DNA of 64,000 nt from Gemmatimonadales bacterium (GTDB taxonomy: Bacteria; Gemmatimonadota; Gemmatimonadetes; Gemmatimonadales; GWC2-71-9). This document shows, piece by piece, positions 1-10,355 of this stretch. The DNA lies in NCBI GenBank assembly GCA_041615815.1, contig JBFJCP010000012.1, positions 32,001-96,000 on the forward strand, read 5' to 3'. Position 1 is the stretch's first letter, and each line of letters starts with the position of its first letter. The notes under the pieces were generated by a model. That model made no database searches. It was not told where the DNA came from and saw only the letters and a list, made by a program, of their open reading frames with translations. Both the position numbers and the translations under genes were made by a program.

Positions 1-63
1 TGTGGGGTACGCGCCGAACACCCCGTCGCGAGCGTCAGCCAGAGAAGGACCGACGCGCGTGGG

Positions 64-1146
64 CTAGCCACGCCGCGACACCGCCACGGTACGGGACAAG
101 TCGTCGCGGACCCGTTCGTGCAAGCTGCCTGGTGCGAGCGCCTCTCGTGCCCGACGCACTTTGTCCAATCCCACTTTCCGCACGGCGATATGGCAGACGG
201 GATCTCCGGGAACCACGGCCGGGAGTGTCGTCATGCCGAGTACTACGCCCGAGACCGGTGACTCGAGAACGTTCTGCTCCCGTCCAATGAGGCTCGTGTT
301 GGTCGCGAGAACCTGGCCTCTTTGTACCACGCTCCCCGGCGCCACGTGAAACTCGAGGAACCCACCCACTTGTGCCCGGACCCACGTTGTCTTGGTGACA
401 CGCAGCTGAAACGGCGGTCCCCGCCGTTCACCCGAGGTCATGCCCAGATCGATGAGCACGTTGTGAATACCCCGGCGACCGTACTCGACGATCCCTGGCT
501 CGACCTTCCAGACCTCGCCCGCTTCTAGAATGATGGTCGGACAGTTCGCTGCGCAGGCCGCCCGACGGAGCGATCCTTTGGGACCCTTGGAACTGACCAC
601 CAACTCGCTCCCGAACGCGCTCACCAGTCGCTCGCACCCTTCATTGCCGAGGTCCCCCCGCACGTTGGGATAGTTCACGCGGCGGACCGCCGCCGTGTGC
701 AGGTCTATCCCGAAATCGGCACGGGCAACGACCTCCTCGAAGATCCGGTGGGCGAAGCGACTGGCGAGACTCCCGGTCGCAGTACCGGGGAAGGAGCGGT
801 TGGGGTCGCGACGATCGGGTAAGTATCGGGTATGACGATCGAACCCCAGAATATTGACGACCGGCACCAACAGGAGCGTCCCGGCTTCCAAATCGAAGGG
901 CGCACGCAGGATCAGCGAACGGATGATCCCCGTTCCATTGATCTCGTCCCCATGCACCGCCCCGGTGACGAAGACGACCGGCCCGGGTCTTGCCCCGCGC
1001 CAGACGTGAATGGGCACGGTGACCGGAGCGCTGCTGTAGCTTTCCGTGATCGTCAGCAGCACGTCGCGGCGCTCCCCCAACCCTACCTGTTCCCCGGCGA
1101 TTGCCAGCGGCTCGTCCGCCCTCACCGCGTCGTGCCGCTCGGTCAT
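64..1146 (-). CDS. Succinylglutamate desuccinylase/aspartoacylase (M14) family protein
   Basis: Motifs GAVHGDEING, RRDPNRSFPG, IDLHT and ILEAG; C-terminal biotinyl-like domain; 4-nt overlap with the rimK stop. Confidence 0.9.
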   Translation of the reverse strand: MTERHDAVRADEPLAIAGEQVGLGERRDVLLTITESYSSAPVTVPIHVWRGARPGPVVFVTGAVHGDEINGTGIIRSLILRAPFDLEAGTLLLVPVVNILGFDRHTRYLPDRRDPNRSFPGTATGSLASRFAHRIFEEVVARADFGIDLHTAAVRRVNYPNVRGDLGNEGCERLVSAFGSELVVSSKGPKGSLRRAACAANCPTIILEAGEVWKVEPGIVEYGRRGIHNVLIDLGMTSGERRGPPFQLRVTKTTWVRAQVGGFLEFHVAPGSVVQRGQVLATNTSLIGREQNVLESPVSGVVLGMTTLPAVVPGDPVCHIAVRKVGLDKVRRAREALAPGSLHERVRDDLSRTVAVSRRG

Positions 1147-2324
1147 GTGGCGGCTGCGGCGCGGGGCAGTTTCTTTCGCCGCCGACGTTTCGGATGGGGA
1201 ATGAGCTCACGCATGGCGGTCAGTCTTCCGAAGCACAACAGGTGATCACCCACCTTGAGCCGGCGATCCCCCTTTGGGTTGGCAATGACATCGGTGTCAC
1301 GCTGTATGCTGAGCACGACGATGTCACGCTGGCGCAGCTGTGAATCGGCGATCGTTGCGCCCGCCAATTCCGATTTCGGCGCCACCACGAGCTCGGCCAC
1401 CCCGTAGCCACGGGTCTCGAAGAGACGTTGGCGGACATCGAGCTCGGGGAACTTCACGTGATCCTCCACATACTCGATGACCGCGCCGGCCACGTCCACT
1501 CCGGTTGCCCCCTCGATCCCTTCCAGCCCCGGTGAGGAGTTCACCTCCATGATCTGAGGCCCCTCGGCGGCCTCTAGCATGTCCACGCCTGCCACCCGCA
1601 GCCCCATGATCTGCGCGGCCTGCACTGCCGTGCGCTCGAACTCTCTGGTCAGCTCCACGGGCTCGGCCTTCCCACCCCGATGCACATTGCTGCGGAACTC
1701 CGTTCCCTGCGCGACGCGCCGCATGGCGGCGACGACCTGATCCCCGACGACGAACGCTCGGATATCCCGCCCCTTGCTCTCCGCAATGAATTTCTGAATC
1801 AGCACGTTTTGCTTTGCGCCCTGCAAGGCCTCGATGATGGCCTCCGCGACCTTGATACTCTCCGCCAGAATGACCCCCACACCTTGGGTCCCCTCGAGAA
1901 CCTTGATGACCACTGGAGCGCCACCCACACGCTCGACGGCCGGGAGGATGTCATAGCGGTCCCGCGCGAACGCCGTTCCGGGAATCCCGATGTTGTGCCG
2001 GCTGAGAATCTGGAGCGAGCGAAGCTTGTCCCGAGCATTGGCGACCCCGTTGGCGGAGTTGACGCAGAACACCCCCATCTGCTCGATCTGCCGAACCACC
2101 GCCGTCCCAAAGAACGTGATCGAGGCACCGATTCTCGGGATGATGGCATCCACATGGGGAAACGGCTTGCCCCGGTAGAACAAATCCGGATTCTCCTGCT
2201 CGAGGGAGATCGAGCATTTCAGCGTGTTGAGGACCTGCATCTGATGCCCGCGCGAACGCCCCGCCTCGACCAGACGACGCGTGCTATACAGCCGCGGTCC
2301 CCGGCTCAGGATTCCGATCTTCAT
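1143..2324 (-). CDS. rimK: RimK-family ATP-grasp alpha-L-glutamate ligase with C-terminal TrkA-C (RCK-C) domain
   Basis: MKIGILSR..LYSTRRL, IIPRIGASITFFG, EGTQGVGV, FRSNVHRGG, MEVNSSPGLEGIE; extra ~90-aa tail SELAGATIADSQLRQRDIVVLSIQR..NPKGDRRLKVGDHLLCFG typical of TrkA-C. Confidence 0.9.
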   Translation of the reverse strand: MKIGILSRGPRLYSTRRLVEAGRSRGHQMQVLNTLKCSISLEQENPDLFYRGKPFPHVDAIIPRIGASITFFGTAVVRQIEQMGVFCVNSANGVANARDKLRSLQILSRHNIGIPGTAFARDRYDILPAVERVGGAPVVIKVLEGTQGVGVILAESIKVAEAIIEALQGAKQNVLIQKFIAESKGRDIRAFVVGDQVVAAMRRVAQGTEFRSNVHRGGKAEPVELTREFERTAVQAAQIMGLRVAGVDMLEAAEGPQIMEVNSSPGLEGIEGATGVDVAGAVIEYVEDHVKFPELDVRQRLFETRGYGVAELVVAPKSELAGATIADSQLRQRDIVVLSIQRDTDVIANPKGDRRLKVGDHLLCFGRLTAMRELIPHPKRRRRKKLPRAAAAT

Positions 2325-2809
2325 GTCTGTTCACTCGCCTTCTGTCGCCCGCGGCGACGTAACAGATATTTCACCGATGGATCGACGATGAAATCATCCT
2401 CGAGCGCCAACCGTCCCACCAGCATGCGGCACAGCATGCGCTTCCGTGATACTAGACTGAGTTGGATGGAGCGCTCCACCGGGCCCAGACGCATGGTCGT
2501 GGTGACGACGTAGCGGCGCTGAACCTTGCCACTGCTGGGGCGCACTCGCGTGATCCTGGTCAGATCCGCTTCCACGGGGATGCGTTCCGTGCGCTTTCCA
2601 CCCGTCACCACGTCGAAACGTACGCGCCCATCCGCCAAGAGTTCGAGGCCCTCGACATGGAGCGCGCTGGTCCGCGCGCCCGTATCGAGTTTGGCACGGA
2701 TCGACGGAATGCCCCACTCCGGAAGCGCGACGAATTCCCGCCAGCCGACAATGGTTTTGGAATTGGCAGAAGGCACGGTCCCCCGGTGGTTGACGCTGGG
2801 CTCTTGCAT
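2321..2809 (-). CDS. RimK-associated retropepsin-like protease (RimB-like, 'ATP-dependent Zn protease' family)
   Basis: IVGWREFVALPEWG, AKLDTGARTSALH, MLVGRLAL; coupled to rimK by an ATGA overlap. Confidence 0.85.
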   Translation of the reverse strand: MQEPSVNHRGTVPSANSKTIVGWREFVALPEWGIPSIRAKLDTGARTSALHVEGLELLADGRVRFDVVTGGKRTERIPVEADLTRITRVRPSSGKVQRRYVVTTTMRLGPVERSIQLSLVSRKRMLCRMLVGRLALEDDFIVDPSVKYLLRRRGRQKASEQT

Positions 2810-2859
2810 TCACTATCCGGCGACAGTGCCGCCGAGGTCAAGGGCCAGGCCGGCGCTCC

Positions 2860-4266
2860 TCAGTCCCAGACCTCCTGGGAACGCTGCACCCGTCGGTCAA
2901 CCTTCTCCACGTACCCCTGAATGTCGCTCTTCCGCTCGAGGCCGGCAGCGGACATGTATCGCACCGTGCCGAAGATGTCCCGCTCCTGCCAGGGACGGTC
3001 ATGAAGACCAAACACCCATCCCACCCCGGCATACGAGTTTGGGTCGCGGCCGTCCAAGAAGTATTTGTTGTTGAACTCGAGGGCGACGCGGTAGGCATAC
3101 TCCGGAGTGTTGGTCCATTCGAGAATCTTCTTCCCCCAGTACATGCGCATGTAATTGTGCATGTACCCGGTGTAGCGCATCTCCCGCATGGCAGCATTCC
3201 AATACGGGTCGTGGGTCTGGGCAGCTTCGAGCTCACGCTTGGTAAAGAGGTGCTCGCGCTCGTCGTCCTTGTGCTTGGCCAACGTTTTCCGGGCCCACTC
3301 GGGAAGGCATTGGTACGAGTCATAGCGACTCGTGTAGTTGACGAAATTCATCGACAGCTCGCGGCGAACCAGCAGCTCCTCGAGAAACGACTCCCGTTGC
3401 CCTCGCGCGGCTCGGGCTTCCCGCGCACGCAGCGCAACGTACAGCGGTGAGATTTGTCCGAAGTGGAGGTATTTGCTGAGATGGGAGGTGTGATCCGTTT
3501 GGGGCTGGTTGCGATGCTCGTCGTACTGTGGAAGTATCTCACCGAGAAAATCGTCCAGGAGTTCCCGTGCCACGCGCGTGCCACCCTGGAAGAAGTGGTT
3601 GACCGGCTTCACGTCGGGGTCGAGCTTGAGCTTCCTGAGCACCGCATCGAGGTCCTCGAGATCTAACCCCTCGACTTTCAGGCCCAGGCTGCTTCGCTCC
3701 ACGGACGTGGTCCGCAGATCCACCAAATAGTCTTCGAGATATCGGTGCAGCTTGGGTCGGAGTGTGCGTGCTGCGTATTCCGCCTTTTGCGATACCACCT
3801 CCACCGGGACCACCACGTCGGTCTCGATCTGGACCACCCGACACCGTGCTTTCTCTGCCAGCTCGTGACGCCACGACTTGAGATGTCGGAGATAGCCACG
3901 ATCGCAGACCACGAGCGCCGCGTGCCGGGCGAGTCGGAGTGCAACCTCCGGCGGTGCTCCTCGCTGCACGACGAACAGGATGTTCCGCCGCTCCAGCGCC
4001 TGTTGCACCTCCCGTAATCCCTCCAGCATGAAGCGGTAATGCCGAACATTGGCCTCGGGGTAGTCGTCCATGAGCCCAAATCCCACCAGGAGCGGTACCT
4101 GCTGCTCGTTGGCCTGCTGGATGGCGTACTCCAAGGCATGGTTGCACTCCGCCCGCTGACTCCGCTGCATCCAGTACAAGACATAGTCACCGGCACGGGG
4201 AGAGTCGTCCCTAAGCACCTGGACTCGTGTGTCGTCGATTAGCGTAGTGGTCGCCATCTCGTCCAT
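2860..4266 (-). CDS. phrB: Class II CPD deoxyribodipyrimidine photolyase
   Basis: VLYWMQRSQRAECNHAL, SKYLHFGQIS, THDPYWNAA, GYMHNYMRMYWGKKILEW, LDGRDPNSYAG, WQERDIFGTVRYM. Confidence 0.93.
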   Translation of the reverse strand: MDEMATTTLIDDTRVQVLRDDSPRAGDYVLYWMQRSQRAECNHALEYAIQQANEQQVPLLVGFGLMDDYPEANVRHYRFMLEGLREVQQALERRNILFVVQRGAPPEVALRLARHAALVVCDRGYLRHLKSWRHELAEKARCRVVQIETDVVVPVEVVSQKAEYAARTLRPKLHRYLEDYLVDLRTTSVERSSLGLKVEGLDLEDLDAVLRKLKLDPDVKPVNHFFQGGTRVARELLDDFLGEILPQYDEHRNQPQTDHTSHLSKYLHFGQISPLYVALRAREARAARGQRESFLEELLVRRELSMNFVNYTSRYDSYQCLPEWARKTLAKHKDDEREHLFTKRELEAAQTHDPYWNAAMREMRYTGYMHNYMRMYWGKKILEWTNTPEYAYRVALEFNNKYFLDGRDPNSYAGVGWVFGLHDRPWQERDIFGTVRYMSAAGLERKSDIQGYVEKVDRRVQRSQEVWD

Positions 4267-4392
4267 TTGGTCGGCGAGAAAGAAGCACCCGGGAATGGCT
4301 GGAAGTTGACGGTGCCGGACATGTTGTCAATTCGCAACGGGATCGGCATTCATTGATCTCATCTGTCGCCCATCTCCACCGGGGGAGTGCTC

Positions 4393-5484
4393 ATGTCCGC
4401 TATCGACCGTTGTGTTCTCTTGCTAGCGGGGGCGCTACTGGTCGCCCCAGGCTCGCTGCCGGTATCCGCTCTCGCTCAGGGCCCCGGCCCTTTGCTGGTG
4501 GCCACGCGCGATGTCCCACCTTTCGCGATGCGCGACGCCGAGGGACAGTGGCAAGGGATCAGCATCGACCTCTGGAGGGAGATTGCCGAAGCGCTGGAGG
4601 TGGCGTTCGAGTTTCGGGATGTGGAATCGGTCGACAGCGCGCTCCAGGGCGTCGCGTCCGGCTCACTCGGCGCCGCCGTGGGGGCGTTCACGATCACGGC
4701 CGAGCGAGAACGCATGGTGGACTTCACCCATCCATTCTTCATTTCGGGCCTCGGCATCGCCGTCGTGGCTCGCGAACAGGGTCTGCTCCGAAGCCTCCTG
4801 GATGCCATCCTCTCACCCACCTTCCTCACCGTGGTCTCCAGCCTGGCGCTCGTTCTGTTCGCGGCTGGTCTTCTCGTGTGGCTGTTCGAACGAAAGGCGA
4901 ACGCAGAACAGTTCGGGGGTCCGACCGCGCAGGGGCTGGGCTCCGGTTTCTGGTGGGCCGCCGTAACCATGACCACCGTCGGATACGGAGACAAGGCACC
5001 GCGCACCGCCGGCGGTCGGGCCGTGGGGCTCGTCTGGATGTTTGCCAGCATCATCATGATCTCCGGGTTCACCGCGGGCATTGCATCGGCACTCACGGTC
5101 CAACGTCTCGATACGCCCATCCAAGGACCGGAGGACCTGCCCGGCAACGTGGTGGGCACCCTTGCTGGATCCACGAGCGAGACGTACTTGATCCGCAATC
5201 GGATCAGGACGGTGGAGTTTGAGAGCGTGCCCCAGGCCCTGGAAGCCCTGACTGCCGGGAGGGTGGACGCCGTGGTCTACGACCGCGCATTGCTGCGCTA
5301 CGAAGTCAACAACGCTTTCGCGGACGACCTGCGAGTGTTGCCGCGCACCTTCGAGCCCCAGGAGTATGGGATCATGCTGCCACCCGGTAGCGCGCTCAGA
5401 GAGCCGATCAACCAAGCACTGCTGGAGGCGACGTCCGACGACACCTGGAGGGGCATCCTCCACCGGTATCTGGGCGCCGACTGA
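4393..5484 (+). CDS. GluR0-like ligand-gated potassium channel (split periplasmic binding domain plus 2TM K+ pore)
   Basis: Signal peptide; S1 segment VPPFAM..GISIDLW..TITAERERMVDFTHPF; pore WWAAVTMTTVGYGDKAP; S2 segment GSTSE..DAVVYD..YGI; alternative start GTG 4387. Confidence 0.88.
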   Translation: MSAIDRCVLLLAGALLVAPGSLPVSALAQGPGPLLVATRDVPPFAMRDAEGQWQGISIDLWREIAEALEVAFEFRDVESVDSALQGVASGSLGAAVGAFTITAERERMVDFTHPFFISGLGIAVVAREQGLLRSLLDAILSPTFLTVVSSLALVLFAAGLLVWLFERKANAEQFGGPTAQGLGSGFWWAAVTMTTVGYGDKAPRTAGGRAVGLVWMFASIIMISGFTAGIASALTVQRLDTPIQGPEDLPGNVVGTLAGSTSETYLIRNRIRTVEFESVPQALEALTAGRVDAVVYDRALLRYEVNNAFADDLRVLPRTFEPQEYGIMLPPGSALREPINQALLEATSDDTWRGILHRYLGAD

Positions 5485-5502
5485 GTGCCGCCGACGCCGC
5501 GA

Positions 5503-6225
5503 TCAGCGAAAGCCGAGCGCCACCCCGATCCGCACCAACACCATGTTGGTCGTGCTCTCGATGGGCGTGATGCGCAGAAAGCCGTCCGGGAGCTCTTCGA
5601 TGCCCCCCTCTCGGAGGTACCTCGTCTCACCGTGCCGGAGGAATTGCCCCGAGAGATCGAGCGACACCGGCGTCCGCCCGCTGGACAGGCGGATGATCAG
5701 CCCTCCACCACCGCTCAACGCCCAGGTCACGTCGTCGAAGTTTGTGCTGGAAATGGCGGGTGAGAAATCCACGTCACCGCGCACCGACGATTCGGTGGCG
5801 AAATACGAGAGGCCCACCGTGCCGAACGCGTACGGTCGGACGCGCCCCCTGGGCACCATCCACTGCGGCCCTGCACCGAGCGACACAAAGAAGTTCGTCG
5901 TCGTCACGTCCACGGTGACCCGGCGAATCGTCTCGCTCAAGGGACGGCGGACCGTTTCGCTGCCGTAGACGATGAACCGGCCGTCGACCCGGAGCCCGAT
6001 GGCTCCACTGCGTTCGAGGGTGGCGAGGAAATATCCGTCCAGACCTCCGCCGAACTTCACGAAGTCGCCGAACTCACCTACGGGGACTCCGAGGACCACG
6101 CCGAGTCCGCCTCCAAACCGACTCCCCGGCTCCCGAACTTCTACGAGCTGAGCCGGCACCGGCGGGGCAGCCACTCCAGCCACCACCAACCCGAGAACAA
6201 CGAGGATCACGACCGTGCGTGCCAT
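5503..6225 (-). CDS. Outer-membrane beta-barrel protein
   Basis: Signal peptide MARTVVILVVLGLVVAGVAAPPVPAQ; alternating beta strands, VRPYAFGTVG, C-terminal VRIGVALGFR. Confidence 0.7.
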   Translation of the reverse strand: MARTVVILVVLGLVVAGVAAPPVPAQLVEVREPGSRFGGGLGVVLGVPVGEFGDFVKFGGGLDGYFLATLERSGAIGLRVDGRFIVYGSETVRRPLSETIRRVTVDVTTTNFFVSLGAGPQWMVPRGRVRPYAFGTVGLSYFATESSVRGDVDFSPAISSTNFDDVTWALSGGGGLIIRLSSGRTPVSLDLSGQFLRHGETRYLREGGIEELPDGFLRITPIESTTNMVLVRIGVALGFR

Positions 6226-6353
6226 GCGTGCCTCCGCCAGTGCTTCATGTGTCCGTACCCCGCAGCCGGCGAGAAGTGCGAACACAAGCCGTGCGTGGGG
6301 CCGTGGCGCAGGCAACGGCCGGTGCCGATGGTCCACGGAAACCCGGGCGATAC

Positions 6354-7538
6354 CTACTCGCCGTGATACCGGGCGGCCTCCTTACCGCGGGCAAGCACGA
6401 CCTCCGGACGCCAGCGGAATTTCTCTAACCACGGATTGGTGATCCCTTCGACCGCATCGGCCGCGAGCCCTCCGAGGATGGGCGCGAACTTGAACCCGTG
6501 GCCGCTCCCCCCGGTCGTCACGGTGAGTCCCTGACGATCCGGATCCCGAGCAATCCAGAAGTCCTCGTCCTGCGTGTCGGCGTAGAGGCAGAGTCTCGTG
6601 AACACGATCGGGGCTTTCAAAAGCTCCGGAAACGTCTCCTCGAGAAAGGCGTGGAGCTGTTCCCGTTGCCGAGTAGTGACCTGTCGTGGAGCGTCCGGAT
6701 CGATCTCGAGCCCCACGCCGTGATTGGCGATCTTGACGATCCCGTCACGATTGGCGGGAAAGCCGTAATAGCCGGTGCGCGCGACATCAGCCGTGAACGT
6801 CGGGAACCGAGCAGGCGCAAACGGCTCCTCATCCTCCGGTCGCAGATGAAATACCGGATGCCCGGTGGGGCGGATCGCCTGCGCCAGCCCCAGAAGCTTC
6901 CCGGTCCACGCACCACACGCGAGGACCACGTCGTCCGCGTCGATCAGTGCCCCAGCATGATCCCGGACGCCGACCACACGACCCCGGCGTTCCGCCAAGC
7001 CGCTGATCCGGCGGCCGAGCTGGAGCTCGACCCCGGCCGCCACCGCCCACCGCGCCACCGCCTCGACCACGCGGCCACTCTCGGCGTACCCGCCCTTATG
7101 ATGAAAGAACCCGTCGACGTACCGTCCGGTGCTCCAGGCCGGGAAACGTCGTGTCAAGCCAGCCGCATCGATCCGCTCCGGCCGGTGTCCGCGCGTCCGT
7201 AACATCTCCCAGCTCTCGAACTCGAACCCCCCCGATGCCATGGGGTCGCGGCACACCATGAGCACACCGGTCTCGTGGAAGAGAGGATCGACGCCCTCGT
7301 CCCACCAGCTCGCATTCCAGGCAATCCACCCGTCTCGCGCTTCCTCCATCAGGGCCATGTAGCTCTCATCCGGCCCGTACTCCATACGAATGACCTTGCT
7401 GATGTCGGTGCTCGCGGCCAACGGATGTGGCAGCGGTCCGGGATCGACGACGGTCACCCGGTGACCTCGACGGCGGAGCTCGAGTGCGGCGGTGATTCCG
7501 AAGATGCCCGCCCCGACCACGACGACCCGGGCACTCAC
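6354..7538 (-). CDS. FAD-dependent oxidoreductase, sarcosine oxidase/fructosyl-amine oxidase family
   Basis: VVVVGAGIFG Rossmann motif, AASTDISKVIR, RLCLYADT (covalent-flavin Cys position), GGSGHGFKFAP. Confidence 0.85.
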   Translation of the reverse strand: MSARVVVVGAGIFGITAALELRRRGHRVTVVDPGPLPHPLAASTDISKVIRMEYGPDESYMALMEEARDGWIAWNASWWDEGVDPLFHETGVLMVCRDPMASGGFEFESWEMLRTRGHRPERIDAAGLTRRFPAWSTGRYVDGFFHHKGGYAESGRVVEAVARWAVAAGVELQLGRRISGLAERRGRVVGVRDHAGALIDADDVVLACGAWTGKLLGLAQAIRPTGHPVFHLRPEDEEPFAPARFPTFTADVARTGYYGFPANRDGIVKIANHGVGLEIDPDAPRQVTTRQREQLHAFLEETFPELLKAPIVFTRLCLYADTQDEDFWIARDPDRQGLTVTTGGSGHGFKFAPILGGLAADAVEGITNPWLEKFRWRPEVVLARGKEAARYHGE

Positions 7539-8665
7539 GGCGCGCCCTCGGACCTCGCCGACATGCGAGGCTCGTTGCTAGCTCGCGGGTATCGCCCGAT
7601 CTTCCAAATCCCCCAGGTCAGGATGGGAATCACAAAGACCACGATGAAGGCCCACGTGAGCGTGCCGTAGCCCTTCTCGATCAAGCCGATCAGCCCAATC
7701 CGCGACAGCGCCGTGGCGGCGACCAAGAACCCGATGGCGACCACCGGACGAACGGAGGCGGCGAGATGACGTCCGCGCTCCTCGTACCACCCGGCGATGC
7801 GCTCGTTCACCGCATGAATCATCCCGGTTCCCGTCTCGATGAGCGTGCCGAAGAGCACGACCTGAAACACCACCTGGAACGTTCGCGAGCCCAGAATCTC
7901 GAGCACGTAATTGGCGGGGACCGGCCGGTCGAGGATGTGCGGGTACTGACCGACCATCGCAAGATAGAACAACAACCCCGGAATGATGGCAATGGGCCCC
8001 GCCAACAGCCCCGCCGCCACAGCCTCCCGCCGAGTCTCCGCATGTCGAACCACGAACAGCACGGCCGGGATGACCGCCAAGTTATAGCCGGCGTACTTCA
8101 CTCCTTGGACGATCCAGCCACTACCCACTTGGCTCTGCGCGAACGCCGTCCCGATGTCGGTACCGAACTGGCTGAACGCCCAGATGAAGAGCACCACGTA
8201 CACCCCGTAGAGCACGAACGACCAACCGGCGAGGAAACGCTCAATCGTCGTGCTCCCTTTGAACACGAGGAATCCCACGGCTGCCATGATGGCGCCCACA
8301 CCCACGGCATACGGGAGTCCGAACGTCTCCTCCAACATCGAACCGGCCGCCGCGCCAATGACAGCCAGGACGATCAGCATGAGCGCGACGTAGGATATCT
8401 CGAACAAGAACCACGCGGGGCCGAGCAAGTGCTTGAAGAAGCTGCGGTAGTCATAGCTTCGAAAGATCCGGGCGAACTCGAAACTCGCCGCGCTGACAAT
8501 ACTCCAGATAGCCGTCGAGACCAGCAGCATTGCGAGCAGCCCGGCCACCGGACCCTGCGTGAGAAAGAACTCGACGATCTCCCGCCCGGTGCCATATCCA
8601 CCTGCGATCACCACGGACTGAAAGACAAATCCCGGCAGGAAGTACTTGCGAAACACCGTGCCCAC
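7535..8665 (-). CDS. YkvI-like multi-pass membrane protein (putative amino-acid transporter)
   Basis: FQSVVIAGGYGTGREIVEFF, SYDYRSFFKHLLG, about 10 hydrophobic segments, LIEKGYG. Confidence 0.75.
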   Translation of the reverse strand: MGTVFRKYFLPGFVFQSVVIAGGYGTGREIVEFFLTQGPVAGLLAMLLVSTAIWSIVSAASFEFARIFRSYDYRSFFKHLLGPAWFLFEISYVALMLIVLAVIGAAAGSMLEETFGLPYAVGVGAIMAAVGFLVFKGSTTIERFLAGWSFVLYGVYVVLFIWAFSQFGTDIGTAFAQSQVGSGWIVQGVKYAGYNLAVIPAVLFVVRHAETRREAVAAGLLAGPIAIIPGLLFYLAMVGQYPHILDRPVPANYVLEILGSRTFQVVFQVVLFGTLIETGTGMIHAVNERIAGWYEERGRHLAASVRPVVAIGFLVAATALSRIGLIGLIEKGYGTLTWAFIVVFVIPILTWGIWKIGRYPRASNEPRMSARSEGAP

Positions 8666-8733
8666 GCCGCACGCCTCCTGGAGAGCCGTCCGTTCCGGTT
8701 GACAGGGTCCAAAACCCCGTCGAATGTGCGAGC

Positions 8734-10350
8734 ATGCAGAGAAAAAGCAAACGCGGATCAGGCCCGCTGACCGTGTCGCCCTGGCGCAGCGTCGGCCATC
8801 TCCTGCGTCAGCGCGCCGAGGTCATGCCAGATCGCGAACTGCTCCGCTTCCAAGGGCGCGCAGCGACATACGGCGAGATCGAGGAGCGCAGTACCAAGCT
8901 GGCGAGTGCGCTGGCGGCGCTCGGCCTGGCGACCGGTGATCGCGTCGCCATCATGCTCCCCAATGGCATCGACTTTCCCGTGGTGTGGCTCGCCGTCGCC
9001 AAAGCGGGGTGCGTGGTGGTCCCGGTCAACGTGCAATACCGCGACGCGGACCTGACCCACGTGCTTCGTGATGCTGGCGTGCGCGCCATCGTGGTGGGGC
9101 TCGAGCAGTTTCCGCAAGTCGACGCGGTGCGATCTCGATGCCCCACCCTGCACCACGTCTCCCTGCTCGCCTCGCCTCCCGCAGGCTGCCACGCCGTGGA
9201 TCTCCATCAAATGGCCGCCGTCGCGCATCCCACGATGGAGTTGGAGTCGGTGAATCCGCAGGACCTCGTCACCATCCAATACACCTCGGGAACCACAGGC
9301 TTTCCCAAGGGCTGTCTGCTCACACACGAGTATTGGCTTCGCCTCGCCACGGCGGTGCGAGACTACGCGGCGATCGACCGGCATGACGTGCTGCTCACGG
9401 CGCAGCCCTTTACCTATATGGATCCCACGTGGAACGTGCTCGTCGCGATGCTTGCCGCTGCGCCCCTCGTGGTGCTCCCGCGGTTCTCGGCCTCCACGTT
9501 CTGGCAATCGGTACGGAACGAGGGAGTGACGTTCTTCTACTGTTTGGGAACGATGCCCCTGTACCTCATGAAACAACCGCCTAATCCGGCTGTCGAACGA
9601 AACCATCGAGTACGACTGGTAATGTGTTCGGGCATTCCACCAACCATGCACGCCGTCTTCGAAGAACGGTGGGCGTGTCCGTGGCGAGAAGTGTACGGCA
9701 CGACGGAATTGGGGGCGGTCCTCTTCGTCCCTGCGTCGGATGACACGAGTGTGGGAACCGGCGCCATGGGAAGACCGGTGCCAGGTCGCGAGGTCCGCGT
9801 GGTGGACGAAGCAGGAGCGGAGGTCGAGCCTGGAACGATCGGGGAGCTCGTGGTGCGCGGGTCTGGGATCATGCTCGGCTACCACGGTGATGCCGAGGCC
9901 ACCGCCAGGTGGCGGCGGTCCGGATGGGCGCATACCGGTGACCTCGTGTATCGAGACGATCGGGGATACTACCACCTGGTCGGTCGGATCAAAGACATGA
10001 TACGTCGCGCTGGGGAGAACATCGCTGCGGCCGAGATCGAGGCCGCGCTGTGCGAACATCCGTCGGTCAGGGCCGCGGCCTGTATCCCCGTTCCCGATGA
10101 GCTTCGTGGTGAGGAAGTGAAGGCGTTCATTCAGCTCCAGCCCGGTCAGTCACCCGCGTCCGTTCCCCCCGCACAGCTCGCGTCCTTCATGCAGGACCGG
10201 GTAGCTGCCTTCAAGGTTCCGCGCTTCTATGAATACGTCGATCAATTCCCGATGACACCGTCGGAGCGAATCGCCAAATCCGAGTTGCTCGCCGCGAAAA
10301 CCGACCAACGCGCCGGCGCGTACGACGTCCTCACCGAAACCTGGGGATAG
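8734..10350 (+). CDS. AMP-dependent acyl-CoA ligase (CaiC/crotonobetaine-CoA ligase-like)
   Basis: YTSGTTGFPKG, YGTTE, HTGDL, GRIKDMIRRAGENI, FKVPR; exact start uncertain. Confidence 0.85.
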   Translation: MQRKSKRGSGPLTVSPWRSVGHLLRQRAEVMPDRELLRFQGRAATYGEIEERSTKLASALAALGLATGDRVAIMLPNGIDFPVVWLAVAKAGCVVVPVNVQYRDADLTHVLRDAGVRAIVVGLEQFPQVDAVRSRCPTLHHVSLLASPPAGCHAVDLHQMAAVAHPTMELESVNPQDLVTIQYTSGTTGFPKGCLLTHEYWLRLATAVRDYAAIDRHDVLLTAQPFTYMDPTWNVLVAMLAAAPLVVLPRFSASTFWQSVRNEGVTFFYCLGTMPLYLMKQPPNPAVERNHRVRLVMCSGIPPTMHAVFEERWACPWREVYGTTELGAVLFVPASDDTSVGTGAMGRPVPGREVRVVDEAGAEVEPGTIGELVVRGSGIMLGYHGDAEATARWRRSGWAHTGDLVYRDDRGYYHLVGRIKDMIRRAGENIAAAEIEAALCEHPSVRAAACIPVPDELRGEEVKAFIQLQPGQSPASVPPAQLASFMQDRVAAFKVPRFYEYVDQFPMTPSERIAKSELLAAKTDQRAGAYDVLTETWG

Positions 10351-10355
10351 ACCAG

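Noticed and set aside
8758..10059. Long antisense ORFs (this one, 15742-16887, 45310-46434, 46756-47841 and others)
   Set aside because: Shadow ORFs opposite well-supported genes, expected at high GC
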